Position numbers and translations under genes: made by a program
Origin: an uncultured Bacilli bacterium
GTDB lineage: Bacteria > Bacillota_I > Bacilli_A > RF39 > UBA660
Reading direction: 5' to 3'
NCBI GenBank assembly: GCA_934149245.1
Contig: CAKPER010000002.1
Span: 4,879 to 68,878, forward strand
DNA length: 64,000 nucleotides
In this document: piece after piece, positions 28,376-38,391 of the stretch
Position numbering within the stretch: position 1 is the stretch's first letter
Layout: the number at the start of each line of letters is the position of its first letter
Notes under the pieces: model-generated
What the model was told of the DNA's origin: nothing
The model's database searches: none
The model's input: the letters and a program-made list of their open reading frames with translations, nothing else

Positions 28376-28417
28376 ATACTTTCAAAAACTAGAAATAATT
28401 TTAAATTTATTAAATAA

Positions 28418-29359
28418 TTATATATCTTGTAGTTTAAATTTTTCTTTTATCCAATTATAAATATATCCCATAATGTCTTTAGAATTAGTTTCTCTTAATA
28501 TATCATGTCTTAAATTAGGATAAATTTTTAAAGTAACATCATTAATATTAGCTTTTTTATATAATTTATAAACTTTTTTTACTCCGTTTCCATTATTTCC
28601 AACTGGATCACTACCACCAGAAATTAGTAAAATAGGAATATCTTTTTCAATATTATTTATTGAAGATTTATTACAAGTGGAAATCATACTACAAAGTAAT
28701 TCTCTAAATAATCCGATTGAGAAATCACTTCCTCTATTTGGATCGTTTATATACTTATCCAATTCGATATTATTAGCACATAGCCAGTCATATTCAGTCC
28801 TATTAGGTTTAAATTTTTGATTATATGTTTCAAATGTTAATTTATGTATTAAAGGAGTTGATTCTTTTTCATTATTTTTTTTGGCTTCATTATTAACTAA
28901 TTTTAAAAGTAATTTCAAAATTAAAGGATTATTATATCCCGTTCCAACTAAAATAGTTCCATCAATTTCTTTATGATATTTTTGTAAATAATCTCTAACG
29001 GCAAAAGAACCAAGTGAAAATCCTAACAATATATAAGGTACATTAGGATATTCTTCTTTTGTCTTTTGTGTAAGTGTATGAATATCCTCAACAATATACT
29101 TCCAACTTCCTGTTGGACCACAATACATTTTCTCACTATTATCTATTAACGATTTTCCATGACCTAAATGATCGTTACCTACAACGATAAATCCCAAGTT
29201 AGTAAAAAATTCAGCAAATTCCTTATATCTTAGTATATATTCTGTTACTCCGTGTGCTACTTGTATTACCCCTAAAATTTTCTTATCAGTTGTCCATTTA
29301 ACAGCATGAATATTAGTTTTTTCATTTGCTGATAAATAATTAAATTCTTCCATCTTCAT
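28418..29359 (-). CDS. Alpha/beta hydrolase (lysophospholipase / monoacylglycerol-lipase-like)
   Basis: HGVTEY..RY..FA..GF.V...DHLGHGKS and nucleophile elbow GFSLGS. C-terminal HD for the triad. Confidence 0.75.
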   Translation of the reverse strand: MKMEEFNYLSANEKTNIHAVKWTTDKKILGVIQVAHGVTEYILRYKEFAEFFTNLGFIVVGNDHLGHGKSLIDNSEKMYCGPTGSWKYIVEDIHTLTQKTKEEYPNVPYILLGFSLGSFAVRDYLQKYHKEIDGTILVGTGYNNPLILKLLLKLVNNEAKKNNEKESTPLIHKLTFETYNQKFKPNRTEYDWLCANNIELDKYINDPNRGSDFSIGLFRELLCSMISTCNKSSINNIEKDIPILLISGGSDPVGNNGNGVKKVYKLYKKANINDVTLKIYPNLRHDILRETNSKDIMGYIYNWIKEKFKLQDI

Positions 29360-29530
29360 AATAATCCACCTTACTTTAAATATATTATGCCATAAAATTA
29401 TCTAAAATAAAAGCTCTATTTAAAATATATAAATCATTAATTATATTTTAGATTTTTATCTCTAGATTAAATTATTGATATATGGACTAAATTTCATTAT
29501 CTTTTCATATTATTTTTATAGGTGAATTGT

Positions 29531-30616
29531 ATGAAGAAAATATTAGTAAGTATAATGTTATTTTTTATCTTTATATCAAGTGCTAATGCAAGTGTGAGTA
29601 GTGCTAGTGAATATATTTTGTTAGAGCAGAAAACAGGTAGGATTTTAGAAGGCAAGAACTATAATACACCCTTATTAATTGCCTCTATTACCAAAATAAT
29701 GACAGCTGTAATAGCAATAGAATCTGGAAAATTAGATAAAGAACTTACTGTTGATGATACTATCTTAAAGGCATATGGCTCAGGTGTTTATATCGAAATT
29801 GGTGAAAAAATGACTTTAAGGGACTTATTATATGGCTTAATGTTAAGAAGTGGAAATGATGCAGCATTAATGATTGCTAAATATACATCTGGTAGCGTTT
29901 CTAAATTTGTTGAGCAAATGAATAAAAAGGCCAATGAATTAGGGATGATTAATACCAAATTTGTCAATCCTAGTGGCTTAGATAATGAAGATGGTGGCAA
30001 CTATTCAACTGCATATGACATGGCCATATTAACAAGATATGCTATGGCAAATAAAGATTATCGTGAAATTACAAAAACTAAAAGCTACAAATTACAAACC
30101 AATAAAAAGACTTATATTTGGAAAAATAAAAATAAATTATTAAATTATGATTACATAACTGGTGGTAAGACAGGATATACAGATAAAGCAAGAAGAACAT
30201 TAGTCTCAACTGCTAGTAAAAACAATATTGATTTGATAGTTGTAACTCTAAAAGATAGTGATGATTGGAATACACATAAATCATTGTATGAAAAAGCCTA
30301 TAGTGAATATAAATTATATAAATTTCAAGATAAAAATAAGTTAAATATCAAAGATAAAAATAAGTATAAAGGTAAATTGTATCTAAAAAAAGATGTGGTA
30401 ATACCAGTAAAAGAAGCTGAACTTAATAATATGAGTTCTAAAATAAAATTATTATCAACTTCTAAAAAAAAGAATAATTCTAAAGTAGGGGAGTATCAAA
30501 TATATTTAGATAAAGTTATGATTTATAAAGAAGATATTTATTTAAAAAGAAAGACTAAGAGTAATTCTAAGAAAAAGAGTTATCTTTTTGATAAGATTAA
30601 GGAGAATTTTACATGA
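29531..30616 (+). CDS. dacB: D-alanyl-D-alanine carboxypeptidase (sporulation-type PBP5*)
   Basis: AGGTGA RBS before ATG 29531. Signal peptide, then SITK (SxxK), SGND (SxN) and KTGYT (KTG). Followed by spmA-spmB as in Bacillus. Confidence 0.8.
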   Translation: MKKILVSIMLFFIFISSANASVSSASEYILLEQKTGRILEGKNYNTPLLIASITKIMTAVIAIESGKLDKELTVDDTILKAYGSGVYIEIGEKMTLRDLLYGLMLRSGNDAALMIAKYTSGSVSKFVEQMNKKANELGMINTKFVNPSGLDNEDGGNYSTAYDMAILTRYAMANKDYREITKTKSYKLQTNKKTYIWKNKNKLLNYDYITGGKTGYTDKARRTLVSTASKNNIDLIVVTLKDSDDWNTHKSLYEKAYSEYKLYKFQDKNKLNIKDKNKYKGKLYLKKDVVIPVKEAELNNMSSKIKLLSTSKKKNNSKVGEYQIYLDKVMIYKEDIYLKRKTKSNSKKKSYLFDKIKENFT

Positions 30617-31203
30617 TTAATTATATCTTTGGTATCTTTATTATAATTGGTATAGTTTATAGCTTTTTTACAGGTAATGTTGATGTTTTAAATAATAGTT
30701 TAATATCCTCTGGAGAAGATGCTATTAGTATGATTTTTAAAATGATTCCTTTATTATGCTTATGGTTGGGCGTTATGAAAATAGCAGAAGCCTCTAATTT
30801 AGTTGATAAAATATCAGGCTTTCTTTCTAAAATAATTCATCCATTATTTCCAGAACTTAAAAAAAATACTTCTTCAATAAGTTATATAGCTACTAATATT
30901 GCGATGAATATGCTAGGATTAGGTAGTGGAGCAACTCCTTTTGGATTAAAAGCTATGGAAAGTATGCAACAAGAAAATGATAAAAAAGATACTGCTAGTA
31001 GAAGTATGATAACTTTTCTTGTTATAAATACAGCATCTGTTACTATAATTCCGACAACAGTAATTAGTATGCGTATCCTAGCCGGTTCAACAAGTCCTAC
31101 AATAATAGTACCAGCAAGCATTATAACAACTATCTTATCTTGTTTTTTAGCTCTAATTTTTGATAGAATATTTTATCATATTTGGAGTGGTAAGTATGGC
31201 TAA
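30613..31203 (+). CDS. spmA: Spore maturation protein A
   Basis: Nucleoside-recognition/Gate-type membrane protein overlapping the dacB stop. Conserved dacB-spmA-spmB order. Confidence 0.75.
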   Translation: MINYIFGIFIIIGIVYSFFTGNVDVLNNSLISSGEDAISMIFKMIPLLCLWLGVMKIAEASNLVDKISGFLSKIIHPLFPELKKNTSSISYIATNIAMNMLGLGSGATPFGLKAMESMQQENDKKDTASRSMITFLVINTASVTIIPTTVISMRILAGSTSPTIIVPASIITTILSCFLALIFDRIFYHIWSGKYG

Positions 31204-31699
31204 TATTATTATACCCCTAATAGTACTTACTATAATCTTTTATGGTGTTATTAAAAATGTCTCTATCTATGACAAATTTTTAGAAGGTGTTAAAGAAGGT
31301 TTATCATTAGCTTTCAATATTTTTCCAACTATGTTTGCTATGACAATATGTATAAATGTAATTTTAAAAAGCAATATTATTAATGATTTATCTAGGTTAA
31401 TATCGCCTTATTTGTTTGGGTATCCTAAAGAATTAATTCCTTTAGCTATAATGCGTCCGTTATCAGGTTCATCTTCTTTAATTATCTTGGATAATATCTT
31501 AAAAACTAAAGGGCCAGATAGTTTTATTGGTAATGTTGCTTCAGTTCTTCAAGGAAGTACAGATACTACTATTTATATAATTAGTCTATACTTTTCAGCG
31601 GTTGGTATCAAAAAAATTAAATATTCTCTAATAGTGGGTTTACTAGCAGATTTTATGGCTATAATTATTTCTTTTGTTGTAGTAAAAATACTATTATAA
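31196..31699 (+). CDS. spmB: Spore maturation protein B
   Basis: GGAGTGG RBS before ATG 31196, overlapping the spmA stop. Membrane protein, second half of the Gate-domain pair. Confidence 0.75.
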   Translation: MANIIIPLIVLTIIFYGVIKNVSIYDKFLEGVKEGLSLAFNIFPTMFAMTICINVILKSNIINDLSRLISPYLFGYPKELIPLAIMRPLSGSSSLIILDNILKTKGPDSFIGNVASVLQGSTDTTIYIISLYFSAVGIKKIKYSLIVGLLADFMAIIISFVVVKILL

Positions 31700-32346
31700 T
31701 TTTATAAAAAAGAAAAAACAGCCTTAATTTAGACTGTTTTTAGATGAATTAAATTCATTAGTATTAGAACTACTATTACTACTTGAATCGTTACATTTAG
31801 AACCACTCATATTAGAGTTCTTAGACTTTGAATTATTATTCTTGTTGCATAAATTCTTATTAGAATTTTTCTTTTTTCCCATTTTTCATCACCCACTAAT
31901 ATTATTAACTAAAAAAAATAGATATATTCATGCTTTTTTTACTTTTTTTTATCTTTAAAAATAGCAAACACTAAAATAATTATAAGTAAATATAATATAG
32001 ACTATACACTATAAGAATAATTTATAAAAATTAACTTAAGAGAACCAAAAATAATACGAACAATAGTAAAAATACAAAAAAATAAAAATGTCAAAAAGTT
32101 AAAAATAAAAAAATAATAATTATTAAAAATATGGATTTTTTTATAAAATGTTTAAATGATAAATAGAATAGAAAAATGTGAACAAACCTTATAAAATAAG
32201 GGAAAAATGTTAAAAATAGGTATTTGACATATTTTTTTGAAAAAAACAAAAAAATTAAAAATAGAAAAAACCTAGATATTAAAAGAGTTTATTTTTTAAA
32301 AAAACTTTCAGTTAATTGAATGTTCGTATTTTTTGTAAAAATCTAC

Positions 32347-32376
32347 TTGACAATTCTAAAAAATAGAGTTTATAAT
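32347..32376 (+). promoter_or_regulatory. SigA promoter of the nrdD operon
   Basis: TTGACA, 18-nt spacer, TATAAT, ending 33 nt before the nrdD ATG. Confidence 0.55.
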
Positions 32377-32409
32377 TAGGGTGTAATTCAAAGTAGAGGG
32401 AGTAGTTAG

Positions 32410-34716
32410 ATGAGTGTAATAAATGAAAAATTATTAGAAAATTTAAAAGTAGTTAAAAGAAATGGCAAAAAAGTTGATTTTGACACAGCTAAAGTTGCTA
32501 TTGCAATAAAGAAAGGCTTTGATGGTGCTAATAAAGCTGAAGATGAAGAAGAAAGATATACAACAAAAGATATTCAAAAAGTATATCAAAGTGTAATTAA
32601 AAGAATTTTAAAAGAATATAAAGAGGAAGAAAAAATAAAAATAGAAAATATTCAAGATATGATTGAAGAGACGCTACAAAAGCTTGGCTATGAAGATGTC
32701 TATAAGTCATTTTCTGAATATAGAGATAGAAGAGCTCAATCAAGAAAGTTATTTTCTGATGAGAAAAAAATGCATAAGTTTTTAAAATCTTTAGAGGGAT
32801 TAGGACTTAAAAATGCCAAAGAAGAAGATGCTAAAAGAGAAAATGCTAATATAGATGGAAATTCTGCTATGGGTACAATGCTACAATATGGTTCAACAGT
32901 AAGTAAAGAATTTGCTAAAGCATATTTAATGAAGCCAAAATTTGCCTCATTACATGATGAGGGAGATATTCACATTCACGATATGGATTTCTTTGTAATG
33001 GGAACAACCACTTGTATGCAAATTGATTTAAATAAGTTATTTAAAGGTGGATTTTCTACGGGTCATGGACATTTGAGAGAACCACAATCAATTAATTCAT
33101 ATGGAGCTCTAGCTGCCATAGCAATCCAATCAAATCAAAATGATCAGCACGGTGGTCAAAGTATTCCTGCATTTGATTTTTATATGGCACCAGGTGTTTT
33201 AAAAACTTTCAAAAAAGAATATAAACAAGCTTTATATGAGTTGCTTGAATTTACGGATTTTATAAGTTTTGTAAATATGGACAAGTTATCTAAAGAAGTA
33301 GATAAGTTGAATTCAATAGAAGTTGATTTAGGTATATTTAGTAATTTTTATAAAGAAAGTAAAGAAGTTAGAAGAATTTTTGAAAAAGCCTATGACATAG
33401 CTTTAGCAAAAACAGATAGAGCAACTTATCAAGCTATGGAAGCTTTTGTACATAATCTAAATACAATGCATTCAAGAGCAGGAGCTCAAGTACCATTTTC
33501 TTCTATAAATTTTGGTACTGATACTTCACCAGAAGGTAGAATGGTTATGAAAAATTATTTGTTATCAATTGATGCTGGACTTGGAAAAAATGAGACACCA
33601 ATTTTCCCTATTTCAATATTTAAAATAAAAGAAGGTGTTAATTTTAACCCAGGGGATCCAAACTATGATTTGTTTAAGCTATCATGTAAAGTATCAGCAA
33701 AAAGATTATTTCCAAATTTTTCTTTTCTAGATTCACCATTTAACAAGCAATATTATAAAGGCGATTATAATACAGAAGTGTGTTATATGGGTTGTAGAAC
33801 AAGAGTTATGGGAAATGTAGTTGATCCTAACAAGGCTGTAACACCTGGAAGAGGAAATTTATCATTTACTTCTATCAATTTACCAAGGTTAGGTATCAAT
33901 CATGGAATTGTAAAAAATGAAAAAACAGATTTAGATGGTTTCTTTAATGAATTAGGTGAGCTTATGGATACTGTTAAAGATCAATTACTTGAAAGATTTG
34001 AAGTTCAGTGCAATAAAAGATCATACAATTTTCCATTTTTGTTAGAACAAGGAGTTTGGATTGATTCAGAAAAACTAAAACCTACTGATAGATTAAGAAA
34101 GGTATTAAAGCATGGTACTTTAAGTATTGGATTTATAGGACTTGCTGAATGCTTAAAAGCACTAATTGGAAAACATCATGGTGAATCAGAAGAAGCTCAA
34201 AAACTAGGATTAAAAATTATTGGATTTATGAGAAAAAAATGTGATGAATACTCTGAAAAATATAATTTGAATTTTACTTGTCTAGCAACACCAGCCGAAG
34301 GGTTGTCAGGTAGATTTGTAAACATAGATAGAGCGATATATGGAAAAATAAAAGGAGTAACAGATAGAGATTATTATACTAATTCTTTCCATGTTCCAGT
34401 TTATTATAATATTTCTATTATAAACAAGATAAAGAAAGAGGCACCATATCATGCTCTAACAAATGCTGGCCATATAAGTTATATAGAATTAGATGGTGAT
34501 ACTACTAAAAACTTAGAAGCATTTGAAAAAATAGTTCGTTTAATGAAAGAAAATAACATGGGGTATGCTGCGATTAATCATCCAGTCGATAGAGATCCAG
34601 TATGTGGTTATGTTGGTATAATTGGAGATGTTTGTCCAGGATGTGGTAGGAAAGCATACGAGGGGGTCAGTGTTGATAAAGTAAATGACTTCAAGAAAAA
34701 CTCATGCTGTAATTAA
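32410..34716 (+). CDS. nrdD: Anaerobic ribonucleoside-triphosphate reductase, large polypeptide (ATP-cone, catalytic barrel, partial Zn ribbon). It lacks the glycyl-radical motif.
   Basis: N-terminal ATP cone (VVKRNGKKVDFD). Conserved class III segments include GDIHIHDMD, TCMQIDL, GGQS, NFGT and CRTR. Ends ..PVCGYVGIIGDVCPGCGRKAYEG..NSCCN then TAA TAA. Confidence 0.9.
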   Translation: MSVINEKLLENLKVVKRNGKKVDFDTAKVAIAIKKGFDGANKAEDEEERYTTKDIQKVYQSVIKRILKEYKEEEKIKIENIQDMIEETLQKLGYEDVYKSFSEYRDRRAQSRKLFSDEKKMHKFLKSLEGLGLKNAKEEDAKRENANIDGNSAMGTMLQYGSTVSKEFAKAYLMKPKFASLHDEGDIHIHDMDFFVMGTTTCMQIDLNKLFKGGFSTGHGHLREPQSINSYGALAAIAIQSNQNDQHGGQSIPAFDFYMAPGVLKTFKKEYKQALYELLEFTDFISFVNMDKLSKEVDKLNSIEVDLGIFSNFYKESKEVRRIFEKAYDIALAKTDRATYQAMEAFVHNLNTMHSRAGAQVPFSSINFGTDTSPEGRMVMKNYLLSIDAGLGKNETPIFPISIFKIKEGVNFNPGDPNYDLFKLSCKVSAKRLFPNFSFLDSPFNKQYYKGDYNTEVCYMGCRTRVMGNVVDPNKAVTPGRGNLSFTSINLPRLGINHGIVKNEKTDLDGFFNELGELMDTVKDQLLERFEVQCNKRSYNFPFLLEQGVWIDSEKLKPTDRLRKVLKHGTLSIGFIGLAECLKALIGKHHGESEEAQKLGLKIIGFMRKKCDEYSEKYNLNFTCLATPAEGLSGRFVNIDRAIYGKIKGVTDRDYYTNSFHVPVYYNISIINKIKKEAPYHALTNAGHISYIELDGDTTKNLEAFEKIVRLMKENNMGYAAINHPVDRDPVCGYVGIIGDVCPGCGRKAYEGVSVDKVNDFKKNSCCN

Positions 34717-34739
34717 TAAAAGGAAAGAGGTAAATTAAG

Positions 34740-34913
34740 ATGAAAAAAGATGAAATTAAAGAAGTAAAGACAGTAGGAGAGGGAATTGGTTTTGAGAGAA
34801 TAAGAAGAATTACAGGATACTTAGTAGGAACTGTCGAAAAATTTAACAATGGAAAAAAAGCAGAAGAGCATGATAGAGTAAAACATGGAACAGCAGGAAT
34901 TATAGATAAATAA
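34740..34913 (+). CDS. Stand-alone NrdD glycyl-radical domain (57 aa)
   Basis: GGAAAGAGG RBS lies 9 nt upstream. FERIRRITGYLVGTVEKFNNGKKAEEHDRVKH matches the NrdD C-terminal consensus RR(V/I)xGYL..(10)..FNxGKxxExxxRxKH. Confidence 0.75.
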   Translation: MKKDEIKEVKTVGEGIGFERIRRITGYLVGTVEKFNNGKKAEEHDRVKHGTAGIIDK

Positions 34914-34915
34914 AA

Positions 34916-35476
34916 ATGAAAATAAGATTAGCAACTACAAAGCTGTCAAAAGATAGTATTGTAGATGGAGAAGGAATACGTACTGTAATTTGGACCCAGG
35001 GTTGTCCTCATAATTGTGCAGGTTGTCATAATCCAGAAACTCATGATTTTAATGCTGGTTATTTAATTGATATAGAAAAAGTTAAGAAAAATATAGAAAT
35101 ATTAGAAGGACAAGATGGAGTTACCTTTTCAGGTGGTGATCCTATGCTCCAACCATTGCCTTGTAGCGAAATTGCAAAATTTTGTCATCTACTTGGTTTA
35201 AGTGTGTGGTGTTATACAGGATATACCTATGAAAAATTATTGGAAATGTCCGAAAATAATCCTGACATTATGAGCTTTTTAAAGCAAATTGATGTATTAG
35301 TAGATGGAAAATTTATAAAGGAAGAAAAGAGTTTTGATTTGAAATTTAAGGGTTCAAAAAATCAAAGAATAATAGATGTTCCAATAAGTCTTTTAAAAAA
35401 AGAAGTAGTATTAAAATATGATTTAGATAAAAAGACTACCAATAAAGGTAGAAAAAATAAATATATGTTTGTTTAA
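34916..35476 (+). CDS. nrdG: Anaerobic RNR activating enzyme (radical SAM)
   Basis: GCPHNCAGCHN contains the CxxxCxxC cluster. GVTFSGGDP is the SAM-binding motif. Confidence 0.85.
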   Translation: MKIRLATTKLSKDSIVDGEGIRTVIWTQGCPHNCAGCHNPETHDFNAGYLIDIEKVKKNIEILEGQDGVTFSGGDPMLQPLPCSEIAKFCHLLGLSVWCYTGYTYEKLLEMSENNPDIMSFLKQIDVLVDGKFIKEEKSFDLKFKGSKNQRIIDVPISLLKKEVVLKYDLDKKTTNKGRKNKYMFV

Positions 35477-35628
35477 AATAAAAAATTGTAGACTAGAAAT
35501 TAGTATAGTTTACAATTTTTTTGATTTCTAAAATTTATTTATAATCTACATATTAAAATAATAAATATAATCAAGAAAATAAAATATTATATTAAAAAAA
35601 CTCACATATCAATATGAGTTTCTCGTCT

Positions 35629-36777
35629 TTAATTAGTAAATCTTAAGCTTTCATTTGAAATATTAAATATCATTCCAACTAGTAACATGTATGATAATAA
35701 AGAAGAACCACCATAACTAATAAAGGGAAGTGTAATACCCATTATAGGTAGAACTCCGATTGTCATTGAAATATTTTGAATCTGTTGAAATAATAATACA
35801 GCAATAATTCCACCAATAGTATACTTATCTGTAATATCTGTAGTTTTTGATACCATATGTATAAGTGTTATATCAAAAAACATAATAAGTAATATAAGTA
35901 ATGAAGCACCAATTAAACCAAAATTAGAAGCAAATACACTAAAAATAAAATCGGTTTGCATTTCAGGAAAATATATAGGAGTTTTTCCATGACCTAAAAT
36001 TCCAGCAGAACCAATAGCCGTAAGAGAATTAGTTAACTGCATACCACTACTACTAGACCAATTAACAATTCTATCAATACGATAAAGCAAACTAGTTCCG
36101 AAGATATCAATAAATAAATCACTATTAATAAAATATAATATTCCACAGCAACTAATAATAGAACCTAATATTACTAAAACAAATAAAAACCAACGTTTTC
36201 TAATTCCACCAACGAATAACATTACAAAGGTAATAATAAAGTAAATCATTACTGCTCCAGTATCTGGTTCAATAAATGTTAAAACTGATGGAATAGCAAC
36301 TATAGCAAATACTTTTAATAAAAATTTAAATTCGTCACTAACAGATGGATTTGAGTATTGGTCATTGAAATCTCTAATTAACCTAGATAAGATAATAATC
36401 AAAAAAACTTTCATAAATTCACTAGGTTGTATACTACCAATATATTTTATTTGAAACCAGCATTTAGCACTGTTAACTTCCTTACCAATAAATAGAACCA
36501 GCAATAAGGAAATAACTCCCACTATATAAAACCACCAGGCATTATTGTATAAAAATTTATTTCCTAAAAACATCATAAAATAGGCAAGTCCAAAACCAAT
36601 AACATACCAAACAATTTGCTTCATCCAGTAATTTTGAAAATCTACTCCCATAAGACTTCTTGTGCAATATATAGAGACTACGGATACTATACTAAATAGT
36701 ATAAGAGGAATTAATACAGAATTTTCAACCTTAAACTTGGATACATTTTTAATAATATCACCACTTTCTATATGCAT
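35629..36777 (-). CDS. Intact SEDS family peptidoglycan polymerase (RodA/FtsW-type)
   Basis: 382 aa, 10-TM pattern. QPSEFMK, EPDTG, PEMQTDFIFS, and C-terminal GITLPFISYGGSSLLS. Confidence 0.8.
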   Translation of the reverse strand: MHIESGDIIKNVSKFKVENSVLIPLILFSIVSVVSIYCTRSLMGVDFQNYWMKQIVWYVIGFGLAYFMMFLGNKFLYNNAWWFYIVGVISLLLVLFIGKEVNSAKCWFQIKYIGSIQPSEFMKVFLIIILSRLIRDFNDQYSNPSVSDEFKFLLKVFAIVAIPSVLTFIEPDTGAVMIYFIITFVMLFVGGIRKRWFLFVLVILGSIISCCGILYFINSDLFIDIFGTSLLYRIDRIVNWSSSSGMQLTNSLTAIGSAGILGHGKTPIYFPEMQTDFIFSVFASNFGLIGASLLILLIMFFDITLIHMVSKTTDITDKYTIGGIIAVLLFQQIQNISMTIGVLPIMGITLPFISYGGSSLLSYMLLVGMIFNISNESLRFTN

Positions 36778-36878
36778 AACTATTCTAGCATAAAATAGAT
36801 TAATTATAAAGATATTTAATTAATTATCTTTTAAAAATTGATATTTTAGTATATAATTATAATGAATGAGGTGCGTCT

Positions 36879-37337
36879 ATGAGAGTTGTTTTACAAAGAG
36901 TATTAAATTCTAGTGTGAAAGTAGAAGAAAAGGTAGTAGGGAAGATTGACCAAGGTTTACTAGTACTTGTTGCCTTTACTAAAGAAGATACCATGGATGA
37001 AATAAAATATATGGTGAATAAAATAATAAATTTAAGAATATTTGATGATGAAGAAAAAGTTATGAATAAAAGTTTAATTGATATAAATGGCAGTATTTTA
37101 TCTGTAAGTCAATTTACTTTATATGCTGATTCTAAAAAAGGAAATAGACCATCATATAAAAAAGCTCTAGAAAGTAATGAAGCAAAAAAACTTTATGAAA
37201 AGTTTAATGACGAGTTTAGAAAATTACATGTAAAAATAGAAACAGGAATTTTTGGGGCTGATATGCAAGTTTCTCTTATCAATGATGGTCCAGTTTCTAT
37301 TATACTGGAAAAGGAGAATAAAAATGGAGAAAAATAA
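36879..37337 (+). CDS. dtd: D-aminoacyl-tRNA deacylase
   Basis: MRVVLQRV.., SQFTLYADSKKGNRPS, and C-terminal NDGPV. Confidence 0.85.
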   Translation: MRVVLQRVLNSSVKVEEKVVGKIDQGLLVLVAFTKEDTMDEIKYMVNKIINLRIFDDEEKVMNKSLIDINGSILSVSQFTLYADSKKGNRPSYKKALESNEAKKLYEKFNDEFRKLHVKIETGIFGADMQVSLINDGPVSIILEKENKNGEK

Positions 37338-38382
37338 AATAAATTATAAATTAGTAAATATTTTGATAGTTATTCTAATAATAAGTCTACTATATTGGAT
37401 AAGTGGCTTGTGGGTAGGAATATTCGAAAAAGTTATTGCTATTTTACTACCATTTATTTTGGCATTTACGCTTGCTTATGCATTATATCCTATTCAAAAA
37501 AGATTAGTAAATTGTGGCTTTCCAAAGTGGTTGTCGGTTGGAATTATTTATTTTGTTTTAATTGGCTTTCTTGTTTTGATTGGTGTAATAGTAGTACCAA
37601 TGTTTTATGATCAAATAGTACTATTCTTAAGCAATATATCTGCAGTTATAACGGATATTTCATCAAAATATGAATTAGATTTAGGAATAATTCAAACTTC
37701 AGTATCAGATATATCTAGTGATGTTATTAAAGATTTAGGAACTCATATTTCATCAGGAGCAATAACTATAGTAAATACTTCAATAAGTGTAGTTACTAAT
37801 TTTATAATAGTAATGATTGTATCAGTGTATTTCTTATATGATATGAGTGATATTAGAAAAGATATAAAGAAAAAGTTGAAACATAGAAAAAAGCGTTCGT
37901 ATGCTTATGTTAAAAGATTAGATAAAGAAGTTAGTAACTACTTAGTAGGTCTTCTTAAAAATATAGTTATTCAATTTTTCGAATATACTATAGTCTTCTT
38001 TTTAATAGGTCATCCTAATTATTTAATATTAGGTATTCTAGCTTCTGTAACAACTATAATACCATATTTTGGAGGCTTAGTAGTAAATATTCTAGCTCTT
38101 GTTATCTCTTCGGTAATTAGTACTAAATTATTTATTTTAACATTAATAGTATGTTTGATTTGTCCTAATATTGATGGATATATAATAAGTCCTAAAGTAT
38201 ATGGAAAAACAAATAAACTACATCCTTTAGTTAATATCTTTGCTGTATTTGCTGGTGGAATATTGGCAGGATTTTGGGGGATTGTTATCTCGCTACCGAT
38301 TGCTATAATTATAATAGCAACTTATAAATTTTTTAAAGAAGATATAAATACTAAATTAGTAACAATAAAAGATAGTAAATAG
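37324..38382 (+). CDS. AI-2E family transporter (PerM/YhhT-like permease)
   Basis: AAGGAG RBS before ATG 37324 (the track start at 37252 lies inside dtd). 8-TM protein with the typical family layout. Confidence 0.7.
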   Translation: MEKNKINYKLVNILIVILIISLLYWISGLWVGIFEKVIAILLPFILAFTLAYALYPIQKRLVNCGFPKWLSVGIIYFVLIGFLVLIGVIVVPMFYDQIVLFLSNISAVITDISSKYELDLGIIQTSVSDISSDVIKDLGTHISSGAITIVNTSISVVTNFIIVMIVSVYFLYDMSDIRKDIKKKLKHRKKRSYAYVKRLDKEVSNYLVGLLKNIVIQFFEYTIVFFLIGHPNYLILGILASVTTIIPYFGGLVVNILALVISSVISTKLFILTLIVCLICPNIDGYIISPKVYGKTNKLHPLVNIFAVFAGGILAGFWGIVISLPIAIIIIATYKFFKEDINTKLVTIKDSK

Positions 38383-38391
38383 GGAGGAATT

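Noticed and set aside
29360-29530. Sporulation sigma-factor (sigma-E or sigma-K type) promoter upstream of dacB, and similarly upstream of spoIIP at ~4500-4555.
   Set aside because: CATA-like -10 elements are present, but such strings are very frequent in this AT-rich DNA. I cannot discriminate them from background without a scoring matrix.
31900-32346. NrdR boxes or another riboswitch in the long A-rich region upstream of nrdD.
   Set aside because: I could not find a convincing pair of 16-bp palindromic NrdR-type boxes or any conserved riboswitch core by eye. The region is mostly A/T homopolymer runs. A motif scan would be needed.
34600-34660. VCGYVG near the end of the large NrdD ORF as the glycyl-radical motif.
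   Set aside because: It is immediately followed by CPGCG, so it corresponds to the first knuckle of the zinc ribbon (CxxCGYxG..CPxCG). It lacks the downstream FNxGKxxE..R.KH context, and that context is found intact only in the 57-aa ORF.
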